From contig JBGAGQ010000004.1 in assembly GCA_044226625.1 (NCBI GenBank), forward strand, positions 64,001 through 128,000: a stretch of 64,000 nt of DNA, written 5' to 3'. A program made the translations under genes and the position numbers. This stretch comes from Thermoanaerobaculia bacterium (GTDB lineage: Bacteria; Acidobacteriota; Thermoanaerobaculia; Multivoradales; UBA5704). The notes under the pieces are model-generated. The model had not been told where the DNA came from and made no database searches. It was given only the letters and a program-made list of their open reading frames with translations. Positions 1 through 10,006 of this stretch are shown piece after piece; the first letter of the stretch is position 1; every line of letters starts with the position of its first letter.

Positions 1-1
1 G

Positions 2-901
2 CGGATGGTCCATCTTGACCGCGCGCGGCGGCACGTCCGGCCGGGTTCGGCGCAGGTAGAGCGTCGCCACCCCAAGCGAGGTCGCGGCGGCCGCCCAGAG
101 CAGGAGCCCCTGCGCGAGGCTTTGCTCGAACGCGGTCGACGCGTCGAACCCCGCCTCGCTCTCAGGAAGTGGGAAGAGCCAGTTCCACCGGTCGTCCCCC
201 TCCTGGAACGACTTGACCATCAGGAGCGTCGTCCAGCGCGCGGACACGACGTCCAGGAGCCCGAGCGGCGCGGCGAAGCGCATTCCGAACCGGTTCAAGA
301 TCTCGTTGCCCGCCGCCGGAACGGCGCCGAAGGTCACCAGAAGCAGGAGGAAGACCTCCGCCGCCGAGCCACCGATCGTTCCCACGCCGAGCGCGAGAGC
401 CGCGCTCGATGCGGCGAGCGGCGCCACGTGGAGCGCCCACGGCCCGACGAACCGCACCGGGGAAAAGAGTGTCCAGCGCTCCGCCCAGCCGGCGCCTCCG
501 CCGTCGAACAGGGCGATGCCGGCGGCCACGACGAGCGGCAGCGCGGTGAGCGGCAGCACGATCGCAAGCAGCGACACATAGCGCCGGAGCAGGTATCCAG
601 CGTTGCTCAAGCCTGAGAGCGTCGCCGTGGTCCATGCTCCGGTGGCGCGTTCCCGGCCGATGCCGTCCATCGCCAAGAGGAAGGCGAGGAGCGCTGAGCA
701 AAGCGGCAGCACGCCGAGCGTCGCGCTCGCGTAGGTGGCGCTCCCTATGACGTAGTCGAGATGCGGGCGGCGCAGGTGGATCGCTACCGCCGGGACCGAG
801 CCGAGCAGCAGGAATCCGACGGCGAAAGCGCGCACGCGGAGCGAGCGCCGCGCGATACGCAGCTCGTGACCTAAGAACGCTTGGAGCGTCGCCCCTTTCA
901 C
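2..901 (-). CDS. ABC transporter permease-like membrane protein (runs off window start)
   Basis: Not in ORF track; read manually from GTG at 901 (GTGA overlap with stop of upstream ATPase): MKGATLQAFLGHELRIARRSLR...LAMDGIGRERATG...LSNAGYLLRRY, multiple hydrophobic helices, open to window edge. Confidence 0.75.
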   Translation of the reverse strand, partial: MKGATLQAFLGHELRIARRSLRVRAFAVGFLLLGSVPAVAIHLRRPHLDYVIGSATYASATLGVLPLCSALLAFLLAMDGIGRERATGAWTTATLSGLSNAGYLLRRYVSLLAIVLPLTALPLVVAAGIALFDGGGAGWAERWTLFSPVRFVGPWALHVAPLAASSAALALGVGTIGGSAAEVFLLLLVTFGAVPAAGNEILNRFGMRFAAPLGLLDVVSARWTTLLMVKSFQEGDDRWNWLFPLPESEAGFDASTAFEQSLAQGLLLWAAAATSLGVATLYLRRTRPDVPPRAVKMDHP

Positions 902-1809
902 TCCGACATCCCATTCATCTCGTCCGAGGCTCCGCTGTCCGCCAGACCGCGAAGCGCGAGAAACGCGCCGTACGCCTCTTCAAGGCCGGCCGGCCGCGGC
1001 GCGGCGCCTTCGATCGGCGTCTCGGAGTAGACCACCCGCTCGATCGCGCCGAGCCGATCGGCGCGATGCGTGACCTCCACCGCCTCCGGCGGAAGCGGTA
1101 TCCCCACGGGGAGACGGAAAAGGCGGCCGTTCGCCCCCTCGAGTAAGCGGGTTGGCGTGCCGTCGAAAAGCAGGCGACCTCTACCGATCACCACCAAGCG
1201 CGGGCATGTGGCCTCGACGTCCTCGACGATGTGGGTCGACAAGAGCACGGCGGTCTTCTCGGCCACCTCGGCGATCAGGGTGCGGAAGCGAATCCGCTCC
1301 TCCGGATCGAGCCCGGCGGTCGGCTCGTCGACCACCAGCAAGCGCGGAGAGTGAATGATCGCCTGCGCCACGCCGAGACGACGCTGCATGCCGCCCGAGT
1401 ACTCGATCGCTCGCCGGTCTGCGGCCTCGGCGAGCCCCACCGCGGCCAGCAGATCGCGCACCCTGCGTTCGAGGGCGCGCCGGTCGAGCGGCACGCCGCG
1501 TAGGCGGGCGAGGTGATGCAGATACTCACGCCCGGAGAGACCGGCGAGCGGTCGGTAGTCTTGCGGCAGATACCCGATCGAGGCGCGGATCGCCGGCCTC
1601 GAGCGCGCCCGCGCGGCGTCCAGACCGTCGTAGACGCGCCGTCCGGCTGTCGGCTCGAGGGCAAGCACCAGCATCGACAGGAACGTCGTCTTGCCGGCGC
1701 CGTTCGGGCCCAGCAGGCCGACCATCCCGCGATCCAGACGCAGGTCGACGCCGCGTAGCGCCTGCGTGCCGTCCGCATACGTCTTTTGAAGCCCCACCAG
1801 CTTGATCAC
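898..1809 (-). CDS. ABC transporter ATP-binding protein
   Basis: Walker A GPNGAGKT, signature YSGGMQRR, Walker B LLVVDEPT, H-loop LSTH. Confidence 0.95.
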   Translation of the reverse strand: MIKLVGLQKTYADGTQALRGVDLRLDRGMVGLLGPNGAGKTTFLSMLVLALEPTAGRRVYDGLDAARARSRPAIRASIGYLPQDYRPLAGLSGREYLHHLARLRGVPLDRRALERRVRDLLAAVGLAEAADRRAIEYSGGMQRRLGVAQAIIHSPRLLVVDEPTAGLDPEERIRFRTLIAEVAEKTAVLLSTHIVEDVEATCPRLVVIGRGRLLFDGTPTRLLEGANGRLFRLPVGIPLPPEAVEVTHRADRLGAIERVVYSETPIEGAAPRPAGLEEAYGAFLALRGLADSGASDEMNGMSE

Positions 1810-1935
1810 CGATGCGTCGCCTCCGGCTCGACTGCGTGCATCAGTGTACTACGGTCCTGATACGCCTGATGTTTGGAAATTCCACAACCGAGATCGGCGA
1901 AGACCGCCGGCCCGGTCAGAACACACTAGAAACCG

Positions 1936-2796
1936 CTAGGGGTGATCGAGGTGGGAGAGAGCGCTCGCCGTCGGCAGGGCGACGCTCGAGCCTTCCTGTG
2001 CGAACTGCGGCTCGTCTGCGGCGCAATGACTGGGACGGAGCACGGCGAAGGGATTGATCGGCTGGCCAAGCCAGGAGGACCTCTCTTCGGGCAGCCGATA
2101 GATCGCGAAATGCAGGTGGGGAGACCCCTTCGGCGCGTTGCCCGAGGTGCCGACATAGCCGATCACCTGACCCCGCTCGACGGCCTGGCCGGCGGCGAGC
2201 CCCGGAGCGTAGCGCTCGAGGTGGGCGTAGTAGTACGCGTACTGGCCCGTCGGGTCGAGCTGATAGAGGGTGATGCCGCCGAGGCGGTTGTAGGTGAGCT
2301 TGACGATCGTGCCGTCTTCGATCGCCAGGATCGGTGTGTTGCGCGGCGCCATGATGTCGATCGCATGGTGCGTCCGGCCGCCGCTCCGCCGCTGGACGAA
2401 AGAATCGCGCAGCTGACTGCGGACGATCCCCAGCACGGGGATCAACAGCGACTTTCGCGCGAGATCGGGATCGTTCGGCAGGTCGGGAAAGCAGAGGGAG
2501 GCGGGGGCGGCGGGAGGTTCAGCAAGGGGCGCGACTTCCGGAGCGGGGATCGCTTCCGGAGCGATTTGCGACTCCTCGGGCGGCGCTTCAGAGAGGTTCG
2601 TTCCCACGGGGGCGTCGCCGCTTGGCGGCAGCAGCACCACCGAGCCCGTGGCCTCGAGATCACCGGGAGCGGCCGAGGTCTCCTGGGAGAGCGCTGGGAC
2701 CGTCGAGTAGAGCGTCGCGCAAAGCACGGTCGCGCATACGGCGAAAATGGGCCGCAAGATGCCTAGTGGCGAGGTGAATTTCGTCCTTTCGGGCAT
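1936..2796 (-). CDS. M23 family metallopeptidase (secreted)
   Basis: Signal-like N-terminus; HxxxD (HHAIDI), YAHL, and HxH (PHLHF) motifs. Confidence 0.9.
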   Translation of the reverse strand: MPERTKFTSPLGILRPIFAVCATVLCATLYSTVPALSQETSAAPGDLEATGSVVLLPPSGDAPVGTNLSEAPPEESQIAPEAIPAPEVAPLAEPPAAPASLCFPDLPNDPDLARKSLLIPVLGIVRSQLRDSFVQRRSGGRTHHAIDIMAPRNTPILAIEDGTIVKLTYNRLGGITLYQLDPTGQYAYYYAHLERYAPGLAAGQAVERGQVIGYVGTSGNAPKGSPHLHFAIYRLPEERSSWLGQPINPFAVLRPSHCAADEPQFAQEGSSVALPTASALSHLDHP

Positions 2797-2995
2797 TTCG
2801 AGGGCTCGCCCTACCGTTTTCCGGCGAGGCGCGGATCATACCCGACGTCGCGATTCGGTCAACCCGACCGATTGGGCAGGGTCCGAAACGCCGAGGGTCG
2901 ATGCGCGGTGCCGGCGCGGATGAAGCGTGGCCCCAAGCGTGGCCTGCGCATGGAAGAATGACGAGAATCGCACGACCTCCCACGAGGCCTCTCCG

Positions 2996-4204
2996 ATGAC
3001 CGAACCCCTCACCCAGCAGCGCATCTCACGCAACTTCTTCGTCTTCATCCTGATCGCGACGACCGCGTTCTTCTTCTACATGGTTCGGGATTTCCTGATC
3101 CCGGTCCTACTCGCGGCGGTCGTATGTACCCTGCTCGCGCCGACCTACGACGCCCTGGTGCGCAAGACGAAAGGGCGCCGAGCCCTCTCGGCCTTCCTCT
3201 GCTGCCTGCTGGTGGCGATCGGCCTGGTGGCGCCGTTTTACTGGGTCGGAAATCTGGTCGCTCATGAGGCGCTCGACTTCTACAACTCCTCGGAGGGGCA
3301 GGTCCGCAACTTCTTCGAGCAAGGGGACGCCGGCCCTCTCGGCGCACTCAAGCGCTCGGCCTGGGTTCGCGACCTCCACCTCGACCAGTTCGACTGGCGC
3401 ACCGGCGCGCAGGACGTGGCGAAGACCGCCGGGACCTTTCTAGCGAACGTGATCAAGGTGACGTCCTCTGGGACGATCCAAGTGTTCGTCCTGCTCTTTC
3501 TCACCCTGTTCACGATGTTCTACTTCTTCCGGGACAGCCAGAAGCTGGTCCCCCGGCTGAAATACCTGGTCCCCCTTCCCGAGGATCATCTCGAAGCGAT
3601 CATCGCCCGCTTCTCCTCCGTCGCGCGGGCGACCATGAAGGGCACGCTGGTGATCGCCCTCGTCCAGGGGAGCCTCGCCGGCCTCACCCTCTGGGCGTTC
3701 GGCATCGACGGGGCGATCCTCTGGGGGGTGGTGACGACCATCCTGTCGATCCTCCCCGTCGTCGGCGCCTGGCTGGTTCTCTATCCCGCCGCGGTCTTCC
3801 AGCTCCTCACAGGCCATGTCTGGCAGGGGATCGCGATCATCATTCTCACGACGGTGGTGATCGGCAACATCGACAACTTCATCCGCCCCCGTTTAGTCGG
3901 CCAGGAGGCGGGGATGCATGACCTCATGGTCTTCTTTTCGACCCTGGGCGGCATCGCGGTGTTCGGCGCGATGGGGTTCATCGTCGGCCCGGTGGTGGCC
4001 GCCCTGTTTCTCGCGGTGCTGGAGATCTATGCCGTCGAGTTCAAGGACGTGCTCGACGGGCTGAACGTCTCGCGCGGAGAGCCCACGGCCGATCAACCGT
4101 CGGGCCAACTCTCGCCCCAACTGACGAATCCAATCGCGGATCAACCGTCGGACGAAGCGCCGGTTCAGGCGTCGACCGCTGGGGCGAAGCGCTCCGAGGG
4201 ATAG
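2996..4204 (+). CDS. AI-2E family transporter
   Basis: Multi-TM protein with [11 protein letters not shown] and [15 protein letters not shown] motifs; start taken at ATG 2996. Confidence 0.9.
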   Translation: MTEPLTQQRISRNFFVFILIATTAFFFYMVRDFLIPVLLAAVVCTLLAPTYDALVRKTKGRRALSAFLCCLLVAIGLVAPFYWVGNLVAHEALDFYNSSEGQVRNFFEQGDAGPLGALKRSAWVRDLHLDQFDWRTGAQDVAKTAGTFLANVIKVTSSGTIQVFVLLFLTLFTMFYFFRDSQKLVPRLKYLVPLPEDHLEAIIARFSSVARATMKGTLVIALVQGSLAGLTLWAFGIDGAILWGVVTTILSILPVVGAWLVLYPAAVFQLLTGHVWQGIAIIILTTVVIGNIDNFIRPRLVGQEAGMHDLMVFFSTLGGIAVFGAMGFIVGPVVAALFLAVLEIYAVEFKDVLDGLNVSRGEPTADQPSGQLSPQLTNPIADQPSDEAPVQASTAGAKRSEG

Positions 4205-5808
4205 ATCACCACCCGGCGGAACGGCTCGTCCCCCTGGCTCCGGGAGGCGAGGCCGGAGTGGGCGATCACCTCGTGCTGCAGGCGGCGCTGGTGGCTCGCG
4301 CGCGGCGGCAGCTCGACCGCGCGCCCGGTCTCTAGAACCTCGTCGATGCCGGTCTCTACCTCCTGCAGAACCTCGTCCTCGGTCCCCTCCTCCTCTTCGT
4401 CGAGGCCGAAGACGTCGCGCAGGAAGATCTCGATCTGCGCTTGGGTATTGGTGCGCACGACCCCGATGGGCAAACCACGTTCGGCCGCTTCCCGGAGCTT
4501 TTTCGGCTGGCGCCGCTCCTGCCCCTTGAGCGCCACCACCAGATCCGCGTCGTCGAGATCGTCGACCAGCACCACCGGCACCCGCAGCTTCCGCAGCGCG
4601 CGCTCGATCTTGCTGCGCGAGACGGCGTAGGAGAATAGCTTCCGCGTGCGGCTCTTCACCGGCCGCCCGGGCCAGGCGGCCCCGGACCTTGCTGGCGACA
4701 CCGAGCGCGCACCGGAATCCGCGGCAACGCGTGCGGCGGGTAGGACGAACGCGGGCGCTCCCGAAGAGCTACCGGCCGCCGCGCCGCTCAGACCGACAGT
4801 CCCCGCCGACGCCGTTTCGACGTCGTAGCCGTCCGCCGTCCGAACCCGGACCTCTGGGCGGGCGGGGATATGGCGCAGCAGGCGATCGACGACCTCGGCC
4901 ACGTCGCGATGGACCGCGAGGCGGTCCTTGTCCTGGATCTCGATCAACACGTCGAACGTGGGAGGCGCCTTCCTCTCGAGCACCGTCTTCTGGGTGCCGC
5001 GGCGGCGCGCCTCCTCGTCCGACAGGGTGACCGCCTGGATGCCACCGACCAGGTCGGCGAGAGTCGGATTCTGCAGCAGGTTTTCGAGAGCGTTGCCGTG
5101 GGCGGTCGCGACCAGCTGAACCCCGCGTTCCGCGATCGTTCGCGCCGCGGCCGCCTCGGCTGACGTGCCGATCTCGTCGATCACGATGACCTGCGGCATG
5201 TGGTTCTCGACCGCCTCGATCATCACCGCGTGCTGCTCGGCGGGCGTCGGCACCTGCATCCGCCGCGCGCGGCCGATGCCGGGGTGCGGAATGTCGCCGT
5301 CGCCGGCGATCTCGTTCGAGGTGTCGACCACGACCACCCGCCGTCCCAGGTGGTCGGCGAGCACGCGCGCCGCCTCGCGCAGGAGGGTGGTCTTCCCCAC
5401 CCCGGGACGGCCGAGGAGTAGGACGGAGCGATCCGACTCGATAACGTCTCGCACGACGTCGATCGTGCCGTAGACCGCGCGGCCGACGCGGCAGGTGAGA
5501 CCCACGACACCGCCACTCCGGTTGCGCAGGGCCGAGATCCGATGGAGCGTGCGCTCGATCCCCGCCCGGTTGTCGGCACCGAACTTCCCCAGCCGCTCGA
5601 CCACGTGCGCGAGATCGGCGCGCGAGACCGGCTCGGAGCCGAGATCCTCGCCGCCACTGGGGAAACGGGCCTCCGGCAGCCGACCGAGGTCGAGCACCAC
5701 CTCGAGGAGCCGATCGAGGTCCGGCCGCGTCTCGAGCACCGCGCGCACCGAGAACGGCAGGATGCCCAGCAGGAGGTCGAGGTCGTCGGTCGCGGTCACT
5801 TCTGCCAA
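4165..5808 (-). CDS. Ycf45/SpoIIIAA-like AAA ATPase with C-terminal R3H domain
   Basis: Walker [32 protein letters not shown]; C-terminal RRLQH (R3H); likely TTG start 5808 with AGGA RBS (ORF track extends to 5940). Confidence 0.88.
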   Translation of the reverse strand: MAEVTATDDLDLLLGILPFSVRAVLETRPDLDRLLEVVLDLGRLPEARFPSGGEDLGSEPVSRADLAHVVERLGKFGADNRAGIERTLHRISALRNRSGGVVGLTCRVGRAVYGTIDVVRDVIESDRSVLLLGRPGVGKTTLLREAARVLADHLGRRVVVVDTSNEIAGDGDIPHPGIGRARRMQVPTPAEQHAVMIEAVENHMPQVIVIDEIGTSAEAAAARTIAERGVQLVATAHGNALENLLQNPTLADLVGGIQAVTLSDEEARRRGTQKTVLERKAPPTFDVLIEIQDKDRLAVHRDVAEVVDRLLRHIPARPEVRVRTADGYDVETASAGTVGLSGAAAGSSSGAPAFVLPAARVAADSGARSVSPARSGAAWPGRPVKSRTRKLFSYAVSRSKIERALRKLRVPVVLVDDLDDADLVVALKGQERRQPKKLREAAERGLPIGVVRTNTQAQIEIFLRDVFGLDEEEEGTEDEVLQEVETGIDEVLETGRAVELPPRASHQRRLQHEVIAHSGLASRSQGDEPFRRVVIYPSERFAPAVDA

Positions 5809-5969
5809 ATGCGTTTTCCTTTCTCCGCCTACTGTAACTTCGGCGCCCGTTCGAACGTAAGGCTCAGAAAGCTCCGTTAGAGAGCTCAGCCGCCGACCCA
5901 GCCATCGGAACGAGCGCCCGGCGGCTCTTTGCGATTCCACTCGCGACTCAACGAACGAGGGCCCCTCTC

Positions 5970-6824
5970 ATGCCAACACGAAATCTACGCCACCTGTTCC
6001 TTTGCGCCGCGCTGCCCTTGATCGCGACGGTGCCCGCCGCCGCTGAAACGGTCCACAAAGTCGTCTCCGGCGTCTACCGGCTCGCGCCGGGCGGCACGCT
6101 GGACCTTTCGAACGTCAACGGCTCGATCACGATCGAGGCCTGGGATCGTTCGGAGATCGAAGTACGCGCCGACAAGATCGCCAAGTCCCCGAACGAGGAC
6201 GAGGCGAACAAGGCGCTCCAACGGCTCAAGGTTTTCGTCGACTCCAAGCCGAGCCGTCTGCGGGTCGAGGCGAAGTTCCCCCACCAGCACAACGGCGTGC
6301 TCGGCTGGCTTTCCGGCCGAAACGTCGAGACGAAGGTCGAGTTCAAGGTCCACATCCCGCGCGAGGTCAATCTGGAGATCGAAAACGTGAACGGCGCGAT
6401 CTCGCTGACCGGCGGCAAAGGGGAGATCTCGCTCGTGACGGTAAATGGCGGCGTGACGGCCAGCGATGCCCAAGGAAACGTGAAGCTCGAGTCGACGAAC
6501 GGCGGAATCGAGGCGGTCCGAACCCGGGGCGTGCTCTCCGCCGCGACGATCAACGGCAGGGTCGAGGCGCAGCTGATCGAGCTCGGCGCGGGCAAGATCT
6601 CGCTCGAGTCGACCAACGGCGGGATCTCCTTGGAGCTCCCCGCCTCCGCGCGAGCGAACCTTTCCGCCTCGACCACGAACGGACACGTCTCCTGCGACTT
6701 CGAGGTCGACGGTACGAAGAAGAGGAGCCGCATCGAGGGGACGTTGAACGGCGGCGGGCCCGAGATCGAGCTCGACACGGTCAACGGCTCGATCTCGATC
6801 AGCGAGCTCTCCGCCGGGAGCTAG
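5970..6824 (+). CDS. DUF4097-like beta-strand repeat protein (secreted)
   Basis: Signal peptide and repeated (S/T)(V/T)NG(G/S)I units. Confidence 0.85.
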   Translation: MPTRNLRHLFLCAALPLIATVPAAAETVHKVVSGVYRLAPGGTLDLSNVNGSITIEAWDRSEIEVRADKIAKSPNEDEANKALQRLKVFVDSKPSRLRVEAKFPHQHNGVLGWLSGRNVETKVEFKVHIPREVNLEIENVNGAISLTGGKGEISLVTVNGGVTASDAQGNVKLESTNGGIEAVRTRGVLSAATINGRVEAQLIELGAGKISLESTNGGISLELPASARANLSASTTNGHVSCDFEVDGTKKRSRIEGTLNGGGPEIELDTVNGSISISELSAGS

Positions 6825-6921
6825 GCCCGGAAAAGGCGGGTGGAGAGAACCGACTTGGGTTGTCAGGGACTCAACCGGTCGGCTTGACAGGCCTCGGCGC
6901 CCTAGCTAGCGTCGAGGCCCC

Positions 6922-7797
6922 ATGAAGAAGAACTTTCTCATCCTCCCCGCTCTCGCTCTGCTCCCGCTGGCCGTCGTCGCCGGTTGCGGGCGCTCCGAAC
7001 CTCCGGTCGCCCGCCTGCGGGTCGAGCCGGCGACGCTACGCCTCCCGTACCCCGAGCTCGCGTCGGTCAAATTCACCTGGGAACCGATCAGCGCGATCGC
7101 CGCCACGCCCACCGTCTTCGTGCATATCGTCGACGAGAAAGGGGAGATCGAGCGGACGTTCGACCACCCTTACCCCGCCGCGTTCAAGCCCGGCACGCCG
7201 CAGACCTACCCGGTCCACCTCTATCAGACAGCCCTCGCCACCCCCTTGCCGGAAGGCAAGCACCGGCTCGTCGTCGGGCTTTACGCCCCGGGCAGCGACC
7301 GTTGGGCGCTCGAGACGACCGGCAAGGAGCTCAAGAAGAAGGAGTACATCGTCGCCGAGCTCGACGTTCCCAAGGTCGACAAGCTCGCTCCGAAGCTCCA
7401 GTTCACCCGCACCTGGCTCCCCGCCGAGGACGGCGGCGACCGCCAGACCCTGGTGCGGCGCTGGCTGACCGGCAACGGCGCGATCCGTGTGGCGCCGGTG
7501 AACAAGCCCGGAACGCTCTGGCTCTCGGCCCGCATCCCGGCTGGCGACAACCCGGGAGAAAAGCTGGTCCTGAACGGCACTAAACCTCCCTCGGCTCAGA
7601 TCGCGAGCAGCTGCGGCGGTGCCGAGACCAACATCTCGGGCCCCGGCGTCCATCTCGTGCCGATCACGATCGACGCGGTGCCCCCCGGCGGCCAGTGCGT
7701 GATCCGTTTCCGCACCGATTTCCGCCTCGAGGTCACCGGCTCGCCCCACATGCGCTCGGTCGCCCTGGAGAACGCCGCCTGGTCGCCCAAAGGTTGA
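6922..7797 (+). CDS. Hypothetical lipoprotein
   Basis: MKK-hydrophobic-VAGC lipobox; beta-rich mature region. Confidence 0.7.
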   Translation: MKKNFLILPALALLPLAVVAGCGRSEPPVARLRVEPATLRLPYPELASVKFTWEPISAIAATPTVFVHIVDEKGEIERTFDHPYPAAFKPGTPQTYPVHLYQTALATPLPEGKHRLVVGLYAPGSDRWALETTGKELKKKEYIVAELDVPKVDKLAPKLQFTRTWLPAEDGGDRQTLVRRWLTGNGAIRVAPVNKPGTLWLSARIPAGDNPGEKLVLNGTKPPSAQIASSCGGAETNISGPGVHLVPITIDAVPPGGQCVIRFRTDFRLEVTGSPHMRSVALENAAWSPKG

Positions 7798-7846
7798 CCG
7801 GGCGAGCACGACCGGGAACGATCGGGAAGGGACCGCTCCCTCTGCG

Positions 7847-8551
7847 ATGAAACACGGATCCGACGCGATCTTGAGGACCGAGCAGGCGGAATACCTGGAC
7901 CGTCTGCTGCCGCCGAGCGACCCGCTCCGGCGCGAAATGGAACGGGTCGCGGCCGAGCGCCGCCTGCCGATCTCGGACCCCGAGGTCGGCCGTCTGCTCT
8001 CGATCCTCACGCGCTCGATCGGCGCCCGACGCATCCTCGAGGTCGGTACCTCGATCGGTTACGGCACGCTTTGCCTCGCTCGCGCCGCACCAGAGGCTCA
8101 GGTGATCACGATCGACTCCGATTCGGAAATTCTCGCCGAGGCGCGCGGCTATCTCGAACGAGGCGGCGTCCTCGACCGGGTCGGCCTGATCTGCGGCGAG
8201 GCGCTCGCCGTGCTCGGCGGCCGGGCCGAGCATGGCGAGATCGAAGGGCCGTTCGACCTCGTCTACCTCGACGCGGTGAAGACCGAATACCGGCGCTATT
8301 TGGACCTGCTGCTTCCCAAGGTCCGGGTCGGCGGCCTCGTGGTGGTCGATAACCTGCTCTGGGGCGGCCAGGTCGCCATGATGAACGGGCCCCCTTCGGA
8401 CGACGACGAGAAGACCGACGCGATCCGGGCGTTCAACGGGTACTTCATGATCCATCCGCAGCTCGAGGCGGTGGTCCTGCCGCTCGGTGACGGCGTCGGC
8501 CTCGCGACGAAGACGAAGCCCCTGATCTTGGAGATGGGCGGCCCGTTCTAG
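7847..8551 (+). CDS. O-methyltransferase (COMT/TrmR-like class I SAM-dependent)
   Basis: ILEVGTSIGY, FDLVYLDA, VVVDNLLW, GDG motifs. Confidence 0.92.
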   Translation: MKHGSDAILRTEQAEYLDRLLPPSDPLRREMERVAAERRLPISDPEVGRLLSILTRSIGARRILEVGTSIGYGTLCLARAAPEAQVITIDSDSEILAEARGYLERGGVLDRVGLICGEALAVLGGRAEHGEIEGPFDLVYLDAVKTEYRRYLDLLLPKVRVGGLVVVDNLLWGGQVAMMNGPPSDDDEKTDAIRAFNGYFMIHPQLEAVVLPLGDGVGLATKTKPLILEMGGPF

Positions 8552-8643
8552 CCCCGCGAGGCGAGCGCCCGCGCAGGAAGTTCATCCCGAAACCCTCGAC
8601 GTCCCGGGATCCTGCTTCGTATACGATCTCGAACGAAACCGCG

Positions 8644-9981
8644 ATGACGACCGAGAACTCCCGCTCCAGGGCTTCCCTCAAGGCTTCGGCCTGGCTCCTC
8701 CTCCTGCTCGCCGCCTCCATGCCGACGACGGCGGCCGAGTCTCCACGGCACGTTTCGGCCCGATCGCTGCTCGCGATCTCCACCCAAGCGATCGTCGCGG
8801 TGCAGCATGCCGCCGCGGCCGACGCGCGCCTCACCGGTACCCCGTCCGCCAGCCCCGCGCGCGTCGCTCCGTTCTGGGCCTCGCTCCAGGGAGCCACACA
8901 GGCGCTCGCAGAGCTCCGGGCGGGGCTGGGCGATCCGGGCGTCCCGCCCGCCGGTGATCTTTTCTCCCGCGTGGCCCGCGCGGGAGGGCGGCTCGCCGAG
9001 CTCTCCGCGGCCTGGAATCGACTGGGCGTACCGAATGCCGGCGTCCAAGCGGGGCTCTCGACGCTTTCGACCTCCTGGACGTTGTTCCGCGGGACCTACG
9101 GTCCGGAAGGGGTTCGCCACCGCCAGGACCGCCCGCTCACAGCCGAGGAGGCTCATCGGCTGGAGGTGGTCCAGCGCGCCCAGGAGCGGCTCGCGGCCCA
9201 GATCCTGCGCTTGGAAGAGCGCGCTCGCCGATCGCGCGAGACCGAAGAGGCGCGCCGTCTCGCGAGGTTCCGCGCGCGGGTCGAAGCGCCCGCGCTCGCG
9301 GCGAGCGATCTCGACGCCTACCTCGCAGCGCTCGCCACGTTGCCGGAGATCGAAGGCGAATGGTCGGCGCTCAAGGCCGCGGCACCCAAGGAGCGGCGCA
9401 TCGCTTACGCCCGGCTGGATCCCATCGTCGAAGAGATCCAAACCGAGGCGGAAATCGGCTCCGTGCAGGTGCTCGACCTCGATCGCGGCAAGGCCTGGAA
9501 GTTCCTCGATCAGACGACCGCGGTTCCCGAGAGCCTCGCCTCCGCGGTCCTCGCCCTGGAAGATCCGACCGCTGACGAGGCCACGGAAGGTGACGAGGAG
9601 GGCGAGTTCGCCGAAGCCATCACGTCGGAAGCCGAGAGCTGGTGTGCCGAGGACGACGAGGAGTGCCTGGCGGCGGAAGAATCCGCAGCAGCCCACGAGG
9701 CCGCGCAAACCCCGATTGCCGAAGGAGCCGAGCAGGCCAGCCCGCTGAAACCGGAGAGCCGCGAAGTGGAGCGCGCCCAGGCCGGAATCGCCGCCGCCTC
9801 GACGCCGGCACCGACCCAGGCTCCCGCGGCGAAGGCGCCGCAATTCCCCGGGCTTTGCGGCGATTCCTCCGCCGATGGCTGCACCGCGGCGCCCGATCCC
9901 GCGGCGCTGTCGGAGACCGCACCGAGCAGCAGCTCTTCTTCTGCGCCCCCAAGGGGAACCTTCGACCCCGCGAAGGGCTGA
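8644..9981 (+). CDS. Hypothetical secreted helical protein with acidic/low-complexity C-terminus
   Basis: Signal peptide (WLLLLLAASMPTTAA), long open frame in gene-dense context; no recognisable motif. Confidence 0.6.
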   Translation: MTTENSRSRASLKASAWLLLLLAASMPTTAAESPRHVSARSLLAISTQAIVAVQHAAAADARLTGTPSASPARVAPFWASLQGATQALAELRAGLGDPGVPPAGDLFSRVARAGGRLAELSAAWNRLGVPNAGVQAGLSTLSTSWTLFRGTYGPEGVRHRQDRPLTAEEAHRLEVVQRAQERLAAQILRLEERARRSRETEEARRLARFRARVEAPALAASDLDAYLAALATLPEIEGEWSALKAAAPKERRIAYARLDPIVEEIQTEAEIGSVQVLDLDRGKAWKFLDQTTAVPESLASAVLALEDPTADEATEGDEEGEFAEAITSEAESWCAEDDEECLAAEESAAAHEAAQTPIAEGAEQASPLKPESREVERAQAGIAAASTPAPTQAPAAKAPQFPGLCGDSSADGCTAAPDPAALSETAPSSSSSSAPPRGTFDPAKG

Positions 9982-10006
9982 CCGCCCCCGCGAGCGAGCC
10001 TTCTCT

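Noticed and set aside
1836-1866. GntR/YtrA-type operator upstream of ABC ATPase (also TGTAC...TAC near 46763)
   Set aside because: Weak palindromes with inconsistent spacing between the two sites and no gntR gene nearby
4165-4204. 40-bp convergent overlap of AI-2E and R3H genes
   Set aside because: Short tail-to-tail overlaps are common in GC-rich genomes; no sign of special function
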